This document shows, piece after piece, positions 59,495 to 64,000 of a stretch of 64,000 nucleotides of DNA. The DNA lies in assembly GCA_963662405.2 (NCBI GenBank), contig CAXXKT010000001.1, positions 1,024,001-1,088,000 on the forward strand, given 5' to 3'. A model generated the notes under the pieces. It ran no database searches, was not told the origin of the DNA, and saw nothing but the letters and a program-made list of their open reading frames with translations. Every line of letters starts with the position of its first letter. Within the stretch, counting starts at the first letter, position 1. The position numbers and the translations under genes are program-made. Source of the DNA: Syntrophales bacterium. GTDB taxonomy: Bacteria; Desulfobacterota; Syntrophia; Syntrophales; UBA2210.

Positions 59495-61519
59495 ATGAAG
59501 CCGAAGTTGGTATGTGGGGTAGCCGCAGTATTTCTTTCCATTGTCTTTTTCTGCTCCGTCACCGGAGCCGCCGTCTGGAACCACCGCGATGTAAAACTGA
59601 AAAACGAACGGGGAGAACAGATCGCGCCCGATCGGAACGGCGGTGATCCGTACAGTCCGCGCCGAACGTGCGGCGGTTGTCATCCCTATTCGACCATTAC
59701 CTCGGGGTTCCACTTCCAGCAGGGGTTTGACGCCATGAGCGACACCTACAACCCCTGGGAGCCGTGGATCCTGTCCCCGGGCATGTTCGGCAAGTGGTGA
59801 CCCCCCGCGAGCAGGTCTGGCCGTGTCGCCAGCAAAAACAACGATGACCCGAAGCAGATCGATCTGTCCACGTACGACTGGATCGGTGGCTATGGGAAAC
59901 TGAACCCCGCCAAGAAGATCAAATCGCCGTCCTGCGGCTGGTGCCATCCCGGCGGGGCCTCCATGGAATACGGGAGGAAGTGGGACGGTACCCCCGATTA
60001 TTCCATGAACCTTATCGAAGGGGAACGGCGTGCCGTGAACCCTCTCGACGGGGACTATTCGTCAAACCTGACTCCCGACGGCAAGAGTCATTTCAAGGAG
60101 AGCGGTGTCGTTGAGGCCGATTGTCTCCTCTGTCATATGAAGGGGTACAGTTTCGGCGCCCGTAATCAGCAGATCAACCGGAAGAACTATCGATGGGCCG
60201 CAACCGCCGGCGCCGGACTCGGAAATATCAAGGGCGCCATCTTCACCTTTGCCGACAAGGACGCGGGCCCGGGATCGAAGGAGTTTCTCACGGGGACCTG
60301 GAACTTTTCGGACCGTCCCGTCGTGAACTATAACTGGGACAATCGAAACCTCTTTACCCGTTCCGGTCGTCTGCGGGGTGAGGCGATAGCCAAAGAGGTC
60401 GAGACAAAGAGCTGTCTCCAGTGTCACCGGGGACCGGATGCGAAGAAGGTCGGCTGGGTCCATAAACCGGAATTCGATGCCCATTTCAAGGCGGGGCTTT
60501 GGTGCACCGACTGTCACAATCTGGTGGGAGAAACCGAAAAGGAGCGGTTGCACCATCAGATCGCCAAGGGGTGGCATCCCCTGGGGAGCGTGCGGAACGA
60601 TCTCGACGGTGTGGGGATGAAGACCTGCGCGGCGTGTCACCTGGAGGGGAAATACCGGGCCACCCGACCGGGGATGCCGGATGAGGCGAAAGATCCCACG
60701 AAGGTTCATGAGGAAAGATTCCCCGATGTCATGTTTCATTTCGATCTGATCAGCTGCGCCAATTGCCATTCCACGAGGCAACCGGCCATGTCGGGCTATC
60801 TCCTTGACATGGCGATGGGGAAACAGGTCTGGTACACGGCCGGGACACGGGAGGCCATCACCTGGAGTAATGATTTCGGTATCCTGACACCCGAACCCTG
60901 GGCCCCTTGGGTCACCCGGTATGACGCACGCAACGGTCTCGGAGAGCAGTACATCCCTGTTGTCCCCAAGATTGCCCAGTGGTTCGGCGAAAAGACGGAT
61001 CACATGGAGGTCCGGCCGATCATTCTGAAATATGTGAAAAAGGCGTACGGTGCGCTGAGCGCCCCCACTCTCGCGGCTGTCAAAGATGTCACCGGCAAGG
61101 CGGTCAAGCGCCCCACTATCGCGACGGATGCGCAGATCAAAGAGATGATCGAGTCACTTACAGAGATGGGGTTTCATAATGTGGTCTTCGTTTCCGATAA
61201 GATATACGAACTGAAGGACGGGACCGTGGTCTCCTACGAAGACCACCTCACGGCCCATCCCCATAACTTCCCCGTTCACCACAATATCGTCCCCATCGAC
61301 AGGGACGTGACATACGGATCGAGAGGAAAGCCTGACGGGTGTTACGACTGTCATTCCGATACGTCGACATTCTTCACCAGGATGCTGGTTCGAAATCCGG
61401 GGCGTTTCCTGGTTGAGGACTACCCGACCCCCAAAGAGCCGAATGCGGAGCCTCAGATGTATCAATGGGGGTTTAAAGAGGTGCCGATACCCGATGAAAT
61501 TACGGACGGCAAAAAATAG
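59495..61519 (+). CDS. Secreted octaheme cytochrome c, probable selenoprotein (Sec102), 674 aa
   Basis: ORFs 59495-59800 and 59963-61519 are in the same frame, joined by TGA (59798-59800) plus 54 open codons containing CGWCH; 8 CxxCH in total; signal peptide; SECIS-like hairpin. Confidence 0.82.
59801..59833 (+). promoter_or_regulatory. Putative bacterial SECIS element
   Basis: CTGGC-CGTGTC-GCCAG stem-loop, loop 22 nt after TGA with G at loop position 2; also contains GCAGGTCTG as in the E. coli fdhF SECIS apex. Confidence 0.6.
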
Positions 61520-62258
61520 CGGCCTCTATCTGTGGCGATTTTCTCTGGCGGTTCTCTGTCTTCTCTTCGGTGTCCCCGCTGCTGTGGGCGCCGCGGAGGG
61601 AGACCCGGCCGTCATAACGGCGCGAGAGGCACATCGTATGATGCAGGAGCGGGGTGATATCACCTTCATCAATACCATGAGTGTCATCGAATGCCGGGAT
61701 CACCGGATTCCCGGATCGGTGTGCATCCCCTGCCCGAAATTCGAGGGGGAAATATCAAACATCGTGAAAGACAGGAATCGCCCCCTCGTTCTCTACTGTG
61801 CGAGTACCGGCTGCCATCGGAGTATGCATGCGGCCCGCACGGCCCTCGATCTCGGGTACCGGAATGTCTTTGTCCTTGAGGGTGGTCTGCCCGGATGGAA
61901 AGGGGCGGGTTTCTCGATTGAATACGAACGGCGGGTCCCCCGCACGGGGATCGCATCCATCAAACCGAAGGTGCTGAACCGGTGGGTAGCCGATAAAAGG
62001 GATATCCTGATTCTTGATATCCGGTCCCGGGATCTCTTCGACGCAGAGCATATCCCCGGGGCGGTCAATCGTCCCCTCGATGAACTTGAAGACACCTATC
62101 GGGAACTGCCGATGGACAAACGGATCATTGTGGTGGACGAACAGGGACATCGATCCTTCATCGCCGCATGCTATCTGTACGAGCGGGGGCTGGTGGATGT
62201 CCAACGTCTCTTCGGCGGGATGCAGGACTGGAGGTCCTTCATGAAAAGGGAGGAGTAG
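61494..62258 (+). CDS. Exported tandem rhodanese-domain protein
   Basis: Signal peptide; HRIPGS..YCASTGCHRS..LEGGLPGW; second domain LDIRS..HIPGA..VDEQGHRS..LFGGMQDW. Confidence 0.88.
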   Translation: MKLRTAKNSGLYLWRFSLAVLCLLFGVPAAVGAAEGDPAVITAREAHRMMQERGDITFINTMSVIECRDHRIPGSVCIPCPKFEGEISNIVKDRNRPLVLYCASTGCHRSMHAARTALDLGYRNVFVLEGGLPGWKGAGFSIEYERRVPRTGIASIKPKVLNRWVADKRDILILDIRSRDLFDAEHIPGAVNRPLDELEDTYRELPMDKRIIVVDEQGHRSFIAACYLYERGLVDVQRLFGGMQDWRSFMKREE

Positions 62259-64000
62259 ATGAACACCGCCTTGTCGATCGGAAGATGGATGCGTCATCTT
62301 CTCATAATCGCAGTGACAGTCGTTCTGGCCTGCCCTTCCGTGTCGGTTTATGCAGCCGGATACAGTATGTATGTTGCTACGGAACCTGTCCCGGCGGCCT
62401 CGGTCGACTGCCTCTCCTGTCATGATGATTACCTGTTTCGGACGGCCTACCCCGCCTCGGTACACGGCACCCTCGGGTGTGCGAGCTGTCATGATGGTAT
62501 CGTGGATAGCGAGAGCCACATGACGGGAGCGGAACGCTCCACGCTCACGGTCTGCGGGAGCTGCCACGCCGTCATAGCGGAGGAATACCGGCTCAATTAT
62601 CATTATCTGCACCAGGATTTTCAGTGTTACGACTGCCACCGTAATATCCACGCCGTCCAGAGTAGAGATACATCGATGAAACAGGCGACACTCCGGCAGT
62701 GCACCGAATGTCATGCCAACGAGGAATACGCCCATTCGGGACACGGCATCGCCGTCGCGGAGGGGAATGAGGATGCGGCGACCTGTTCGGACTGTCATGG
62801 GCTCCACAGCACGCGGGTCTACCATACGTCCCAGCAGGAATATCCCGCCGAGGCGCGGGAGTTCTATACTCGGACCTGCGTCAGGTGCCATGACGATCGG
62901 GGGATGATGGTCCGCAACGACCTCTCGACGTCCACCGTTGCGTCCTACCGGAGGACCTATCACGGGAAGGTCCAGGACATTGGTCACCCCACCCTGGTTG
63001 CGGGGTGTGCCGACTGTCATACCTCGCATAACATCCTCCCGAAGGATGATCCCGCGTCATCGATCCATCCCGACAATCTGGTCGAGAATTGTGGGAAGTG
63101 TCACACCGGCTTCCATCCGCGGTTCGTCGCCTATCAGGCTCACCCCGATTTCAGCAACCGGGAGCGATATCCCACGCTCTACTGGACAAACGTCTTGATG
63201 ATCGCGCTTCTGGGGGGAACCTTTCTCTTCTTCTGGGTGCATACCTTCCTCTGGTGGCGAAAGACGTATTGGGATAAACACTACATGGAAAAGATGGGGA
63301 TCAGGCCGCGCCTCCCCATGTCGGATACGGAAAGCCTGCAATCCATCGAACGGTTCTCGCGAAAAGATATCGTTGTCCACATCATCCTGGTCATCTCTTT
63401 CCTGACCCTCGTGGCCACGGGATTTCCCCTCAAGTATCATGATGCGCCCTGGGCACGGATCTTTGTCGAGCTGTGGGGCGGTGTTTCCCTCGCCGGGATC
63501 TTTCACCGGGTGGCGGCGGTGGTCCTCTTCGCCCTCTTTTTCTATATCCTGGTGCGGTCCGTCGGCTATCTCTTCCCGAGAAAGGCGGAGACACAGGGAT
63601 GGGTGGATCGTCTGTTTGGTGTGGAATCCCTCTTTTTCAACCGGAAGGACTGGCAGGACATGAAGGGGATGTTCCGGTGGTTCTTCGACCGGGGAGAACA
63701 ACCGCGATTTGATCGGTGGACCTACTGGGAGAAGTTCGATTTTCTCGCCGTCTTCTGGGGGATGGTGATCATCGGCGGCTCGGGGATATTCCTGATGGTT
63801 CCTGAATGGACCTCATATCTTTTCCCCGGTTGGATTCTCAATGTCGCGGCCCTGTTGCACTCGGAAGAGGCGCTCCTGGCCGCGCTCTTCATATTTACCG
63901 TGCATTTCTTCAATACCCATCTGATCCCGAAGAAATTCCCCATGGATCGAACGATATTCACGGGGAGGATAGCGCTTCATGAGCTCTATGAAGAGAAACG
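62259..64000 (+). CDS. CbcL-like nonaheme cytochrome c fused to a membrane cytochrome b (FdnI/HydC-like); truncated by the window end
   Basis: Open frame from ATG 62259 to the end; CLSCH, CASCH, CGSCH, CYDCH, CTECH, CSDCH, CVRCH, CADCH, CGKCH; TM part with VHIILV, FHR, FDRWTYWEKFDFLAVFWG, LHSEEALLA..VHFFNTHL. Confidence 0.9.
   Translation, partial: MNTALSIGRWMRHLLIIAVTVVLACPSVSVYAAGYSMYVATEPVPAASVDCLSCHDDYLFRTAYPASVHGTLGCASCHDGIVDSESHMTGAERSTLTVCGSCHAVIAEEYRLNYHYLHQDFQCYDCHRNIHAVQSRDTSMKQATLRQCTECHANEEYAHSGHGIAVAEGNEDAATCSDCHGLHSTRVYHTSQQEYPAEAREFYTRTCVRCHDDRGMMVRNDLSTSTVASYRRTYHGKVQDIGHPTLVAGCADCHTSHNILPKDDPASSIHPDNLVENCGKCHTGFHPRFVAYQAHPDFSNRERYPTLYWTNVLMIALLGGTFLFFWVHTFLWWRKTYWDKHYMEKMGIRPRLPMSDTESLQSIERFSRKDIVVHIILVISFLTLVATGFPLKYHDAPWARIFVELWGGVSLAGIFHRVAAVVLFALFFYILVRSVGYLFPRKAETQGWVDRLFGVESLFFNRKDWQDMKGMFRWFFDRGEQPRFDRWTYWEKFDFLAVFWGMVIIGGSGIFLMVPEWTSYLFPGWILNVAALLHSEEALLAALFIFTVHFFNTHLIPKKFPMDRTIFTGRIALHELYEEK

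Noticed and set aside
59495..59800. Stand-alone 101-aa monoheme protein plus a separate 518-aa cytochrome
   Set aside because: The spacer is open in the same frame and encodes CGWCH; the downstream ORF lacks a signal peptide although c-heme attachment requires export.
59798..59800. Alternative genetic code (UGA = Trp or Gly)
   Set aside because: Many genes here end in genuine TGA, including ATGA overlaps (e.g. 54615-54618, 22036-22039), and no other conserved gene has an internal TGA.
1..64000. CRISPR array, prophage, integron or rRNA
   Set aside because: No regularly spaced repeats, phage or integrase genes, attC-like arrays or rRNA signatures seen by eye.

Overview
GC-rich chromosomal window whose gene content and order suggest an anaerobic Desulfobacterota/Syntrophales-like deltaproteobacterium (inference). 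The central ~26-51 kb is housekeeping: uvrB, uvrC, two CNNM/CBS proteins, a half-length GlmU, ppsA, rnpB, RNase HI, tRNA(CAT), radA, serC, serA, purA, rsfS, comF, rfaE2, dksA and priA. The left accessory region holds an NDP-forming acyl-CoA synthetase with a TetR regulator, a decayed IS4 with intact ends, a dynamin-like GTPase, a CCG Fe-S protein, a J-domain/MinD-FlhG fusion, a LolA/MacB-type ABC operon and a glycerol-type ABC operon. That last operon is bracketed by a 34-bp duplication of the 3' end of the neighbouring aminotransferase gene. The right end holds a frameshifted 4-hydroxybutyryl-CoA dehydratase-like gene followed by a shredded paralog. The main finding is a three-gene respiratory operon that the ORF track splits or misses. 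It encodes (1) a secreted 674-aa octaheme cytochrome c with an in-frame TGA followed by a SECIS-like hairpin, a probable selenoprotein; (2) a secreted tandem rhodanese; and (3) a CbcL-like nonaheme c/cytochrome b fusion running off the window end. All calls were made by eye without database searches.
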